Source of the DNA: Leucoraja erinacea
Lineage: Eukaryota
Length of the DNA stretch: 53,934 nt
Assembly: GCF_028641065.1 (NCBI RefSeq)
Contig: NW_026575328.1
Location: forward strand, 1 to 53,934
Direction of reading: 5' to 3'
Below are positions 1 to 13,961 of this stretch, piece by piece. The translations under genes were made by a program, and so were the position numbers. The stretch's first letter is position 1; each line of letters starts with the position of its first letter. Below the pieces are notes generated by a model. The model was not told the DNA's origin, ran no database searches, and saw nothing but the letters and a program-made list of their open reading frames with translations.

Positions 1-923
1 ATATTGCGCGTAATTGGTTAATTAGTTAGTTAGTTATATGTGTAAATAATAGGTCTGTGGAACAGATGCATCATATCATGGCCATTTCAAAAGGAGACAA
101 TCTCATAGTTCTCCGTGCTGCAGGGTTTGGTGACGTGCTTGCAACCTTGATCTTTCATATGTGCTTTCAGTTCAGAAGATTAGTTCGGCATGTGTTATTA
201 ACAGCACATTCTTGCCAGATAAGACTGTCTGGTAACTGTCTGAAGCGTTCTAGTGTTTTAATTTGAACAGAAAAAACAGGCAATTAATCTGATCCTGGTT
301 GAATTTTGTTTAAAATCTCCTCGGCGTATTTGCAAGCAGCGTCCGGGTCCGTAAATGAGCGTTGCTTGCCCTTAAACGTAATTAGCATTTTTGCTGGATA
401 GATCACGCCATAACGAACTTCAGAATGTCCATATAAAACACTGCTTGCCCTTTTAAACTCGCGTCTTTTTGCCAGAATTTCCCGAGGGTAATCCCTGTAG
501 AATCTTACGATATTATCAGCGAATGTAAGATTTTTTCCGTAGTTTATCTTCTTTAATAGAGTTTCCACAGTTGAAATATCTAGAAACTTTACAATAATTT
601 GCCTTGGTTCAGCATTATCGTGTTTTTGGAGGCGACCCACTCGATGAGCCAGATCTATCTTTGGTTTTTCAGGAAGTTTGAAAACATCTTTAAGTAGATT
701 AGTAATAAAATCACGCATTTGAAGGCCGTGTTCAGCACCCTCTTTAACTCCTACTAATCTCAGATTTTGTCTCCTAGACCTGGCCTCTAAATCTTGACAT
801 TTCTCATTCAGTTTATTCGTTAACTCCCAATTCGTATCGTGTTGTTTTTTCAGACCTGTTATCTCTTGGCTCATCTGTTCCATCTCACCCTCCATTTCTT
901 CCATCAATTTTTCCGTGTCTGTT
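1..923 (-). mobile_element. L1 element 2 (host), 3' part of ORF1 plus spacer; continues beyond the left edge of the window
   Basis: ORF 284..907 is almost identical to the C-terminal part of ORF1 of element 1; it joins to 7904..8557 across the TSD. Confidence 0.9.
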
Positions 924-1289
924 TTTTTTTTTTTTTTTTTTGTTTATTTATTTTATTAGAAGTTAATACATCACAAAACAGTACAGTGGCACCTAATTTT
1001 AGGTGCCAACTATGTAATAACGTAATCCATTCTATGTACAACCTCTAGTTTTATGTTATAAGAAAGAAGTAAGCAGAACAAGAAAAAGAAAGCAATAGAA
1101 AGGGGAAAAAGTGGAGAAATAGATGGTAGAGAGTAGAAAAACGTGAAGTGTGTATATAAAAAAAAAAAAAAAAAGGAAGAGAGAAAGAGGAAAGTAGAAA
1201 TAGAAGAGAAGGCCCCTTAAAAGAGAATTTTTTAAATCTGTATTCGGAGATGTAGCTCTATCCGCGTCATGAACTGAAATCAGCAATCC

Positions 1290-4200
1290 TTACGGCACCG
1301 CTGCATCACATGATTCCAAAAAGTCGATGAAAGGAGACCAACTCTTTAAGAATTGGTCATATTTATCTATTAGTCGGAGTCTCATTTCTTCAAGGCGTGC
1401 TATGTCCATCATATTCCTAATCCACATTTTAACAGTTGGTGTGGTTGTATTTTTCCAAAATTTAAGTATCAATTTCTTTCCAATTATTAACCCATAATTA
1501 AAAAAAACATTTTGATCTTTATTTAAATTGGTATCTTCTCCTATTATTCCAAATATAATCCATTCCGTTTTGGGTTCTATTCTTGACTTGAAAATCTTTG
1601 TAAATATATCAAATATATCACTCCAAAATTTATTCAACTTTGTACATCCAACAAATGAGTGTGTTATATTAGCGTTTTGAAACAAACATTTATCGCATCT
1701 GGGAGAGACGTTTGGATAAAATTTATTCAACCTCGTTTTTGAATAATATAGTCTATGTAATAATTTGAATTGAATTAAATTATGTCTTGCATTAATAGAA
1801 CAATTATGTGTATTCATCAAATATTTTTCCCATCTATCCTTAGAGATCTTTGTCATTAGCTCTTGTTCCCAATCTTCCCTTAATGCTTCTGTTGAGGGTG
1901 ATTCTCTATTTAATATATTATTATAAAAGTATGATATTAATTTTTGTGAATCAGCCTGGATATTCATTGCTTCTTCTAAAGGATCTAAAAATATAGTTTG
2001 AAATCTATGTGTATGTTTCTTCATAAAGTCACATACCTGTATATATTTAAAATATTGATTATCCTTCAATTTAAATTTTAATTTTAATTGTTGAAATGAT
2101 AACAGTTTGCCCACTTCATACATGTCCCCTACTTTCCTAATCCCCAGTCTATCCCATTGTTGATATGTGTTGTCGATGAGAGAAGGTTTGAATGCGGGGT
2201 TGTTCAATAGTGGGGTTAATACTGATAAATTATTTAATTTCAAGGATGCTTTTATTTGTTTCCAAATTCTTATTATATTGTGAATAATTGGGTTCTTCTT
2301 ATATATTATACTATTCAATTTTATCGGTGAGAGCAGAATCGTTCCTATATCGTACGGATAGCACTCCTCTTTCTCCATTCTTATCCACTCCAACTGCTGA
2401 GTGGAACTATCTAGCCAGTATATTATGTTCTTAATATGCACTGCCCAGTAGTAATATATAAAGTTAGGTAATGATAAACCCCCCACTTCTTTAGATTTGC
2501 ACAAATGCTTTCGTTGAATTCTATGTGTTCTGTAGTCCCATATAAAATTAGTGATAGTGGAATCTAATTTTTTGAAAAAATATTTTGGAATATATATTGG
2601 GATTGCTTGAAACAAATATATTAATTGTGGTAAGAAAGTCATTTTTATAGCGTTAATTCTACCTATCAATGAGAGTGGAAGCGTTTTCCAAAATTTAATC
2701 GTATCATTCAGTTTATTTAATAGTGGTATAAAATTGGCACTAAATAATGATTTGTGTCTTCTCGTAATTTGAATACCCAGGTACTTGAATTTTTCTGTTG
2801 CAATTTTGAAGGGGAATTTTAGTAAGTGTCTCGAATCCTGTGGTTTTAAAGACATAATTTCGCTTTTATTCCAATTTATTCTGTATCCTGAAAAAGAGCC
2901 GAATTCCTCAATTAGTGTTAATAAGGTGGGTATACTCGCTTGTGGTTTAGTAATATATAAAAGGATATCATCAGCGTATAATGAAATTTTATTCTTTGAG
3001 TCCTTGCTGTTATATCCATGAATATTCGGGTGATTTCTAATCCTTTCGGCCAGCGGTTCTATCATAAGGGCAAATAGCAATGGTGATAAGGCACACCCTT
3101 GCCTATTACCCCTTGATAAGTAAAATTTTGGAGATAGCGTATTGTTAGTTAATATTCTTGCCGTAGGTCTATCATAAAGTAGTTTAATCCATCTGATAAA
3201 ATTCTCTCCCATATTAAATTTTTGGAGTACCTTGTATAAATACTGCCATTCTACTTGATCAAATGCCTTCTCTGCATCCAACGTGACCACTGAGATATCT
3301 TCATTGTCCTTCTTATGAGAGTACATTATATTAAAAAGCCTTCTCAAATTATTAAATGATTGTCTTTTGGTTATAAATCCCGTTTGATCCGTATTTATTA
3401 AAGTGTTAATATAATTATTTAGTCTTCTAGCTAGAATCTTTGCTAAAATTTTCTGATCCGTATTTAGAAGTGATATAGCTCTATAAGAACCAGGCTCATC
3501 TAAATCTTTATCTTTTTTTGGTATAAGCGTTATTGTTGCTTCTGCAAGGGTTTCTGGTAGTTTATTTTCAATATAAGCCTGCGTGTATAAATTAAATAAT
3601 CTTGGTACAATAGACTCCTGAAATCTTTTATAAAATTCATTACTAAAGCCATCTGGTCCTGGGGTCTTCCCATTTTTCAATGAATTTATTATTTGTTTTA
3701 TTTCTTCACTAGTAATCCGTGCTCCTAATTGCTCTTGTTCTAAACTATCCAATTTTGGGAGCTTGCAATTATCTAAAAAATTTGTAATTTTACTTACATC
3801 TGTCTTTATTTTGGATGTGTATAAATTATGATAAAATTGGGCAAACCTCTTATTAATATCCTTAGGCAATGTTAGCAACTCACCATTGTCCGATTTAATT
3901 TTTGTAATAGTTTTTTCCTTTTCTCGTTGCTTCAGTTGCCTCGCAAGCAGTTTATGTGGCTTATCCCCAAATTCGAAGTGTGCTTGTTTTGTAATTTGGA
4001 ATAATCTTATTACTCTAGCCGCTAATATTCTATTGACTTTATATTTCAGTAAAGTTATCTTATTATGTTTATTTATGGTTGGGTCAGTTGCATTGTCCAG
4101 TTCTAGTAATTTTATCTTCTGTTCTATCCGCTGAAGTTCTCTTTTATTTTCCTTATTTTGAAAACTTTGGTAAGAGATTATGACACCGCGAATATATGCC

Positions 4201-5104
4201 TTGAAGGTTTCCCATAATAGTGGTGCAGAAATACCCGGTGTGTCATTTATTTCGAAAAAAAGTTTTGTTTGTTCTTTTATATACTCATAACCCTGCGGGT
4301 TATTTAATATGTGTGCATTGAACCTCCAAAAAGGCTTTATACTCGGCATTCCCTCAATTTTAAGTATAAAAGTCAATGGTGAGTGATCAGAAATAATACT
4401 ATTATGATATGATGGTTTATTCGTATACGGGATCAATTTTGTGTCCAGTAAGAAATAGTCAATTCGCGAATAAGTTTTGTGAACTGATGAATAAAATGAG
4501 TATTCCCTACCACTTGGATTTGCTATTCTCCAAACATCAGCTATGTTATTATTTTTTATATAAGTATTTAAAAATTCACAGGTCTTGGTTTTAACAAGAC
4601 GCTTCCCTAGCTTTATTGATTTATCTAAATATGGATCTATAACACAATTGAAATCTCCCCCCATTATTATATTTTGAAAATTATGCTCTGCGATTAAATC
4701 TATTATTTTCCTAAAAAATTGTGGGTTATCAAAATTAGGCGCGTAAATATTTATCATAGTTAATGGTGTATTGTAAATTTCTCCTGTGACTATAACATAT
4801 CTTCCCTCTTTATCAGATATGGAATTCTTTAATTTAAAAGGTATGCCCTTCCGAATTATAATGGCCGTGCCTCTTGCTTTAGAGGTGAATGAGGAGTAAT
4901 AGGTTTGACCTATCCAATTTGCCCTTAATCTGATCTGAGTTTGTTGTTTCAAATGTGTCTCTTGTAGGAACGCAATATCCATATTTAATGATTTAATTTT
5001 AATTGTGCCAGAATTTTACCTCTTTTAATTGGCTCATTCGCACCTCTGATGTTCCAACTACAGAAGGTGAGACCTCCGGTATTTATTCGACTATTATCTT
5101 GCAT
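1290..5104 (-). pseudogene. L1 ORF2 (APE endonuclease, RT, C-terminal CCHC region); frameshift near 4990..5000
   Basis: 1230-aa ORF with LQET, GDFN, SDH, QGCALSP, YADD and C..C...H...C motifs. The N-terminus (MQDNSR...CSWNIRG) from ATG 5104 is out of frame because of a TTAAA duplication. Confidence 0.95.
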
Positions 5105-6009
5105 TGGCTATTATTACCAGACTGTATGCTTCATGTGATGCAGCCAAGTACCTCAGTATCCCGAATCCAGGGTTGTCCTTCATAATTTCTACAGTAGTTC
5201 TACATCTCTTGACATTATTAAACATAATTGAGGGGAAGAGAAAAACATAAAATAAAGTGTACATAAAAATGATTAAATCATGCAACACATAATTGTGAAT
5301 AAACAAAAAAAGTGAATGTAATTTATCAAAAAAAGCGATAAATTACCGAAAAGCCACCTATGGTAGCTAGATATGTTTTAAATTTGACCTCCGTCGATGA
5401 AATTATGCACTGGGCCCTATCCCCCTGTTAGAATTTGACCCAACGTTAGTCGGTTCCCTCTAATTGTTACCAAAATTATCATATCAGGTCATCGCTGAGC
5501 AGTTTAAAATAGAATAAAATAAAAGGGAAGGTAGAGGATTTAGCTTAAAATAAAAATAATGATGGGTTAAAATACCTCATCAAAAATTACACTTTTCATT
5601 TACCTGTATGTTAGTTAATTCATTATTAGTAATTAATAATTAAAATATATGTCTAACCTCCCCCACCCTTCTTGCTATATAGTTAATCGTGTTAGTATAG
5701 GACATTACGCCTTTAACGTTGGTTGAATTGGTTAATTAGTTAGTTAGTTATATGTGTGAATAATAGGTCATATAGTGTGAAACAGATGCCTCTTATCATG
5801 GCCATTTTAAAAGGCGATAGTCTCATAGTTCTTTGTGCTTCAAAATTTGGTGATGTGCTTGCAACCTTGAGAGTTCCTATGTGCTTTCAGTTCAGAAGCC
5901 CGTGTTATTAAATAGCACATTCTTTGCAGATAAGACTGTCTGGTAACTGTCTGTAGGTTTCGAGTGGTTTAAATTGAGCAGAAAAAACGGTTTCCAGGCA
6001 AAATGTCAG

Positions 6010-7108
6010 TTAATCTGATCCTGATTGAATTTTGTTTAAAATCTCCTCGGCGTATTTGCAGGCAGCGTCCGGGTCGGTAAATGAGCGTTGCTTGCCCTTA
6101 AAAGTAATTAGCATTTTTGCTGGATAGATCACGCCATAACGAACTTCAGAATGTCCATATAAAACACTGCTTGCAGTTTTAAACTCGCGTCTTTTTTCCA
6201 GAATTTCCCGAGGGTAATCCCTGTAGAATCTTACGATATTATCAGCGAATGTAAGATTTTCTCCATATTTTATCTTCTTTAATAGAGTTTCCACAGTTGA
6301 AATATCTAGAAACTTTACAATAATTTGCCTTGGTTTAGCATTATCGTGTTTTTGGAGGCGACCCACTCGATGAGCCAGATCTATCTTTGGTTTTTCAGGA
6401 AGTTTGAAAACATCTTTAAGTAGATTAGTGATGAAATCACGCATTTGAAGGCTGTGTTCCGCACCCTCTTTAATTCCTACAAGTCTCAGATTTTGTCTCC
6501 TAGACCTGGCCTCTAAATCTTGACATTTCTCATTCAATTTATTCGTAAACTGCCAATTCGTATCGTGTTGTTTTTTCAGACCTGTTATCTCTTGGCTCAT
6601 CTGTTCCATCTCACCCTCCATTTCTTCCATCAATCTTTCCGTGTCTGTTAATTGCTTCAGCAGAATGTCATGTTTGTTGTTATACTCTCTCCGCATACTT
6701 TCCATCTCTTTCGCTGTGTTGGACTCCAAATCTTTAAACTGCTGTTTCAGGGCTACATAAAGCTCTTTTACTTCGCCACAGCTCTTATCAATTTTCATAG
6801 AAAGATTGCCCTCCATAGTGGAGAAGTTATTCTGAATTGTAGAATTCATTTTGGCGAATTGCTGCTGAAGATCTTTACTAATTTCTTTAAGAATATTAGC
6901 TCTTACCGTTTCTTCCCAGCTTTTCATTTCTTTCTCTCTTTGTATCACTTCTCGCAGCCATATCGCTTGTAGGTTGTTGAGGTTCCAGCTCCTCTTCCAA
7001 ACTTTCAAACGAGAGTTCAGGGGTAGTTTCAAGCTCATCCAGAGCTTTTTGGAGCTGGAGACTGATTGTAGTTTTCTTGGGTCCTCTCTGACCTCTTCTC
7101 TTTCTCAT
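6010..7108 (-). pseudogene. L1 ORF1 (Transposase_22-type coiled coil/RRM/CTD), 1-nt frameshift near 6937
   Basis: DLEARSRRQNLRLVG, AHR, IIVKF and YPAK motifs; the N-terminus MRKRRGQRG lies in another frame. Confidence 0.9.
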
Positions 7109-7885
7109 CCAGTTTTTTCGATAAGATCGTTTTAAATCCCAAAACCACCAGTATCGTTTGATGGAGTCAGTACCCTTGACGTTCAGCAAACCTGATAAGA
7201 ATTTTTAACTCGTTCCTGGCATGGGAGTCGACTTTAAACACGATTTGTCTGGAGGAGAGCTCAGTGCAGCTGCCTTCACTGCTTTTTCCTTCGCTGTCCT
7301 GGACTCCAAATCTTTAAAAACTGCTGATTCAGGGCTACATAAAGCTCTTTTACTTCGCCGCAGCTATTATCAATTTTCTTAGAAAGATTGCCCTCCATAG
7401 TGGAGAAGTTATTCTGAATTGTAGAACTCATTTTGGCAAATTGCTTCTGAAGATCTTTAGTAATGTCTTTAAGAATATTAGCTCTTACCGTTTCTTCCCA
7501 GCTTTTCATTTCTTTCTCCTTTGTATCACTTCTCGCAGCCATATCGCTTGTAGGTTGTTGAGGCTCCAGCTCCTCTTCCAAACTTTCAAACGTGAGTTCG
7601 GGGGTGGTTTTAAGCTCATCCAGAGCTTTTTGGAGCTGGAGACTGATTGTAGTTTTCTTGGGTCCTCTCTGACCTCTTCTCTTTCTCATCCAGTTTTTAC
7701 GATAAGATCGTTTTAAATCCCAAAACCACCAGTACCGTTTGATGGAGTCAGTACCCTTGACGTTCAGCAAACCTGATAAGAATTTTTAACTCGATCCTGG
7801 CATGGGAGCCGACTTTAAACGCGATTTGTCTGGAGGAGAGCTCAGTGCAGCTGCCTTCACTGCTTCATAGCAGCCACCGGAAGTC

Positions 7886-8557
7886 AATTTTTCCGTGTCT
7901 GTTAATTGCTTCAGCAGGATGTCATGTTTGTTGTTATAATCTCACCGCATACTTTCCGTTTCCTTCGCTGTCCTGGACTCCAAATCTTTAAACTGCTGAT
8001 TCAGGGCTACATAAAGCTCTTTTACTTCGCCGCAGCTATTATCAATTTTCTTAGAAAGATTGCCCTCCATAGTGGAGAAGTTATTCTGAATTGTAGAACT
8101 CATTTTGGCAAATTGCTTCTGAAGATCTTTAGTAATGTCTTTAAGAATATTAGCTCTTACCGTTTCTTCCCAGCTTTTCATTTCTTTCTCCTTTGTATCA
8201 CTTCTCGCAGCCATATCGCTTGTAGGTTGTTGAGGCTCCAGCTCCTCTTCCAAACTTTCAAACGTGAGTTCGGGGGTGGTTTTAAGCTCATCCAGAGCTT
8301 TTTGGAGCTGGAGACTGATTGTAGTTTTCTTGGGTCCTCTCTGACCTCTTCTCTTTCTCATCCAGTTTTTACGATAAGATCGTTTTAAATCCCAAAACCA
8401 CCAGTACCGTTTGATGGAGTCAGTACCCTTGACGTTCAGCAAACCTGATAAGAATTTTTAACTCGATCCTGGCATGGGAGTCGACTTTAAACGCGATTTG
8501 TCTGGAGGAGAGCTCAGTGCAGCTGCCTTCACTGCTTCATAGCAGCCACCGGAAGTC
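7886..8557 (-). mobile_element. L1 element 2, 5' UTR and ORF1 N-terminus (nonsense codon at 7942..7944)
   Basis: Starts GACTTCCGGTGGC at 8557; ORF 7942..8442. Confidence 0.9.
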
Positions 8558-11500
8558 GCGTTATCTAATTATAATAGTTTAATTTCCTTTTCTAACGTCC
8601 CTTGTTCTATCGTATTCTTTTTATTTTGGAAACTTTGATATGAGATTATAACTCCACGGATAAATGCCTTAAAAGTTTCCCATAATAAAGACGGTGAAAT
8701 ACCTGGTGTCTCGTTTGTCTCAAAAAAAATTTTCATTTGTTGTTTTAAATACTCGTAACCTTGTGGGATATTAACTATTTGTGTATTAAATCTCCAAAAA
8801 GATTTTATACCTGGCATTCCCTCTACTTTTAAAGTAAAAGTCAATGGGGGAGTGATCAGAAATAATACTATTGCGATATTTAGGATTAATCGTGTATGGA
8901 ATTAATTTTGTGTCCACTAAAAAGTAATCAATTCTTGAGTAAGTTTTATGTACCGATGAATAAAACGGGTATTCCCTTCCAGTAGGATTAACTATTCTCC
9001 ATACATCTGTTATATTAGTGTTTTTTATATATGTATTTAAAAATTCACTAGTCTTGGATTTGACATTATTCTTCCTTAGTTTTATTGATTTATCTAGATA
9101 TGCACCTATAACACAATTAAAATCCCCCCTAATATTACATTTTGGTAATTACACTCATCTATTATATCCGATTTTCTTAAAAAATTGGGGGTTATCAAAA
9201 TTTGGAGCATAAATATTTATCAGTGTCAATGGTGTAGATTTCTCCCGCCACTATAGTGTACCTTCCTTCTTTATCAGATATAATATTTTTTTAAATAAAT
9301 GGCATACCTTTCCGAATAATAATAGCCGTGCCTCTAGCTTTAGAAGTAAATGACGAGTAATAAGTTTGACCTATCCAGTTTGCCTTCAGTCTCATCTGTG
9401 TTTGTAATTTCATATGAGTTTCTTGTAGAAAAGCTATATCCACCTTTAAAGATTTTAATTGAGCCAGAATCTTGCCCCTTTTGATTGGATCATTCGCACC
9501 CCTAATATTCCAACTACAAAATGTGATTCCTCCATTCTTTTTTTCCCTATTATCTTGAATTATTAATTAATTTTGCTGATTTTGATTCATGTGGTGTAGT
9601 TAAATACCTTAGGGTTTTGGGTGTGGGGTAACCGTCCCGTGTTAACGTTATTTTACATCTCCTCCGTCTATTGAACCTCCATATGAAGAAGAGGAAAGTG
9701 TGTTGAAAGGTAGTGAAGAAAACAAAGAAAATTATTGTTAAGTGAACCACATAAAAGTGAATAATAAAAAAAGGTGATCTTAAGGTATCAAAAAGGTGAT
9801 ACCTTAAATTCTCAATGCCATCAATGATGGCCAAAAATTTGTTGACTTCCGTAGTTGGAATTGTACATTGAGCTCAGCCCCCTAATTAAGCTGCCATAGA
9901 CAACTGCATGACGTTTCCACTTAATATAACCAAAAATCTTAACAATAAAACAAATTGATCCAGTCAGGCCGAATAGACAACAAAAAATTAATCAATAGAG
10001 AATTATCATCATCATTACTTTTCCACATAATCTCTTAAGTACCCACGCTTTAAACCTTCTATAATGCTTACTCAGTACATAGAGTAATGTAATCATAAAA
10101 CAGAGGGACAGGCCTTGTCCCTGTACTCGCTCGTCTCTTCCTTAATTACCAACCTGTTCCAAGGGTTAAATTTATTTATCTTAATAGCAACCGTCTTCCA
10201 GCCCAAACCTTTGGAACTATTCCAAACCTTTAACGCCTCCCTCTTTCCGGATTATAATGTTATAATATTATTATACATATTTTCATTAGTTGTTAAGTAT
10301 TAGAATACATCCTAGATTATATTTCCTTTCATTTCAGCTATATTAGAGTTATTTAACTATTAGTAATAACCATCTAATCCTCTATAGACCCCTTATCCCC
10401 CAACCTCAATTGATTAATGTGTTTGTTAGTCATGTTAGTATAATATTAAAATGATAGCCTAAACCTCGATTCGTAATATTAAATTCATATGATTAATTAA
10501 TTATTTACATTAAGTCTATACTGTAATAGTTAAAACTTTAATTCAGTCCATAGTTTCAAGTCTGATCATTTGCTTCAGCATGTCTGTTTTCTCCCTTTGT
10601 TTATCTTCACATTTTCCGTTCAAGGTGAAATCCAAACTCTGTCGTTGAAAACACATTCCTGTGAGATAAGCACGTCTGGTTCGTGTCTAGAGCAGACCCG
10701 CCATCTTAATTATAGCAGTCTTCCACTGAAAAGTTTAATCATCATCCTTCTCCTCTCTTTTCTCTATTTTCTGTGCAATCTCTTGTGCATACTTAAATGC
10801 CAGCTCAGGATCCATGAATGAGCGTTGAGTTGAGTTGTACATTATCTTCATCTTCGCGGGATAAACCACTCCGTATCTCACCCCAGGTTGTCCTTGCAAA
10901 ATATTACTTGCTTTTTTAAATTGAATCCCTTCCTCCAATATTTCGCGTGGGTCGTCCCTGTAGAATCTCACAGTCCCTCCCTCGAATATGAGCCTCTCAC
11001 CATGTGGTATCATCTTCAGGTGTTTTTTCCACGGTTGCAATGTCTAAGAACTTCACGATAATCTGTCTTGGGGGAGCATTTGTTTCTCTTCGGAAGCGAC
11101 CCACACTATGAGCCACATCAATCCTCACATTTTCATTCAACTTAAAGACCCCTTTGAGTATTTTGGAGACAAGCTCGGGCATTTGAATTCCATGCTCTCG
11201 TCCCTCCTTTACTCCTATAATCCTTAAATTCCGTCTCCTTGAACTAGCTTCCAAATCTTGACATTTGTCTGTCAGTTTATTCAATTGTTCCCGATTATCA
11301 CCTTGTTCCTTTTTCAAAATCGATATTTCGTGAGCCATCACATGCATTTCATCCATCATCTCTTCTGTCAACTTGTCAGAATGTTTCATCTCTTCAATCA
11401 ACTTGTAAAACTTCTTATTATAATCATTTTCCATTCTCTCAAATTCTTGTGTTGTACTCTGATCAAAGTCACTGAACTGCTGCTTCAAAGAGGCATACAT

Positions 11501-12014
11501 TTCCTTTGATTCATCATTAGCAGTATCAATTTCCTTAGACAGGTTAACTTCCATTTTAGAGAGATTACTCTCCAGTGAAGTGCTCATAGTAGCAAACATT
11601 TTGGAGATTAGATCTTACCGTTTGTTCCCACTGCTTCATCTTCTTCTCCTTCTCCTTTTCTTTTGACTCTCCTCTTGTAGCCATTTCAGATACTGCTTGT
11701 TGAGGATTAAGCTCTTCATCTGAGCTTTCAGTTGTTGATTGAAGAGCTTCCAAGTCTTCTCGAAGCTGGAGTCTGATGGTAGCTTTCTTGGGTCCACGTG
11801 AGTGTTTTACTTTTGTCACCTAAAGGTCCCGTTAAAACTCCGATTTCTTCGACGCTTTCGGATGACATCACTCCCGCGACGCCAAGCAGCCCTCGGTGAG
11901 TGTTTTTAAATCGGTCCCGACTTTTAAAACGCCTTTTTACGCGATTTTTATGCGATTTTGCGGGAGCGGAGCTCAATGCTGCGCCTTCACCACATCATGG
12001 CGCCACCGGAAGTC
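8558..12014 (-). mobile_element. L1 element 3 (older subfamily): 5' UTR, broken ORF1 (10735..11819), spacer and degraded ORF2 endonuclease
   Basis: ORF fragments homologous to L1 ORF1 and ORF2; 5' end GACTTCCGGTGGCG at 12014; ORF2 is cut at 8558 by element 2. Confidence 0.88.
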
Positions 12015-12039
12015 GGGCCGCTACTCTTCGTGTTGTATA

Positions 12040-12890
12040 TTCAATTATTCGGACAAAGGGGATTGAAGAGTTTGTGGCCAAGTTTGCGGATGATACGAAA
12101 AGATGTAGAAGGGCAGGTGGTGTAGATAAAGTAGGGATTCCGTAGAAAGCCCTGGACAGGTTGGAGAAGTGGTAGATGGAATATAGTGTGATTACCTTGA
12201 AATCATCTGCAAATTTAGTAAAAAACTGCATTTAAAAAAAAATAATTTGCATCTTTTGGCACCAGCTAACACTTATTATTAAGTTTTAATTTATTTAGAT
12301 TAAACAATATTATTGTAGAAAAAATAGTTCCTGAAGAGGAGTCAAGCATTTTGGTAGTAGGAATAAAGGCGTAGATTATGTTCTAAAAGGGGAAAGAATC
12401 CAAAAATCGCAGGTGCAAAGCGACTTGGGAGTGCTGTTGCAGGATTCACAAAAAGTTAATCTGCAAGTCGAATCGGTGGTAAAGAAAGCAAACGCAATGC
12501 TAGCATTTATTTCAGGAGGGCTTGTATACAGAAACAGGGATGTAATGCTGAGTCTCTATAAGGCGCTGGTAAGGCCGCGTTTGAAATACTGTGAGTAATT
12601 TTGGGCCCCATATCTGAAGAACGATGTGCTGGCTCTGAAGAGGTTACTGAGGAGGTTTATAAGCATGATCCCAGGAATTAGTAGATTAACCTATGATGAG
12701 CGTTTGTCGGCACTGGGCCTGTACTGCCTGGAGCTTAGAAGAATGAGGGGGGTGGTGGAGGGAGTCGTTGAGATTTACAGAATAGTGACAGGCTTGGATA
12801 GATTAGAGGTGGAGAGGATTTTGCGCAAGGAGTGTCTAGGATTAGAAATCATAGCCTCAGAAGTAAAGGACGTTGTTTAAGGAACGAAAT
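12040..12890 (+). mobile_element. Degraded CR1 LINE RT fragments
   Basis: KFADDTK and DLGVL...KKANAMLAFI...LYKALVRP motifs. Confidence 0.8.
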
Positions 12891-13424
12891 GGGGACTTTA
12901 TGAAACTGGAGCACCCGGAGACAGCCACACGGTCACAAGGGGAACAACAATCTCCGTACAGACAGCACCCGAGGCCAGTATCAAACTCAGCATATCTGGT
13001 GTTGTCAGGCAATGAATCTACCGCTACGTAGTTGTGTCCAATTCCCATCGTCTCATTAATCCAAGAACATTGTTCACTTCTTCAGTTCACCGACCAGCAA
13101 TGTGTATGAAGGCTGCGTTCAATCAGTAATGGAATTGACCTTGCTGCAGGCAGAGTTCAGGACGTTCGTCTACTTGTTAGATAACGCCAGGCCAATGCCC
13201 TCCTCAATTACCTCCACAGTTCCTGGGTGATCTCCGATCTGCGCCATGTGCTATATTTCCCAGTCGACTGATGTCGGTGAAAGCGAACAAGGCTTGCAAG
13301 AAAACAAGTGGGCGAATATGGACGGTGGGACAGCTCTATTGGGAGCAAGCATGAACCCAATCGGCCCAATGACATCCTTTGTCGTATTAAGTAGTTCAGA
13401 ACAGACGTTGCATTTAAGTATAAT

Positions 13425-13770
13425 AATATGATTATTAAGAGTTTGGACACGCTAGAGGCAGGAAACACGTTCCCGATGCTTGGGGAGTTCAGAACCAGGG
13501 GTCACAGTTTAAAAGTAAGGGGTGGGCCATTTAAAACGGAGGGGAAGAACAACTTTCTCACACAGAGAGTTGTGAGACTGTGGAGGCTGATTCTCTGGAT
13601 GCTTTCAAGAGAGAGCTAGTCAGAGTTCTCAAAGGTAGCAGAGTCAAGGGATATGGGGAGAAGGCAGGAACGGGGTACTGATCGTGGATGATCAGCCATG
13701 ATGATATTGAATGGCGGTGCTGGCTCGAGGGACCGAATGACCTACTCTTGCACCTATTGTCTATTGTCTA
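13425..13770 (+). mobile_element. CR1 3' fragment with (CTATTGT)n tail
   Basis: RTRGHSLK...TQRVV motif and the conserved 3' UTR. Confidence 0.85.
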
Positions 13771-13915
13771 TATCAAAATAAAGCAAACCAATAAATGTTA
13801 GGTAAGTGGTTTAATCACGTTGATATCTTTTCAATCTAAACGAATTAATTGATTACATGCTTCAGATTAAAAATAGCGCGACCTAAATTCCCTGACACCT
13901 TCGTATGACTGGCCG

Positions 13916-13961
<46 letters not shown>

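Larger units (their letters stand above)
924..7885 (-). mobile_element. L1 element 1 (youngest), near full length, with poly(A) tail, ORF2, long spacer, ORF1 and a duplicated 5' end
   Basis: Poly(T) at 922..940 preceded in element orientation by AATAAA; TSD AATTTTTCCGTGTCTGTT at 906..923 and 7886..7903; 5' end GACTTCCGGTGGC. Confidence 0.92.
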
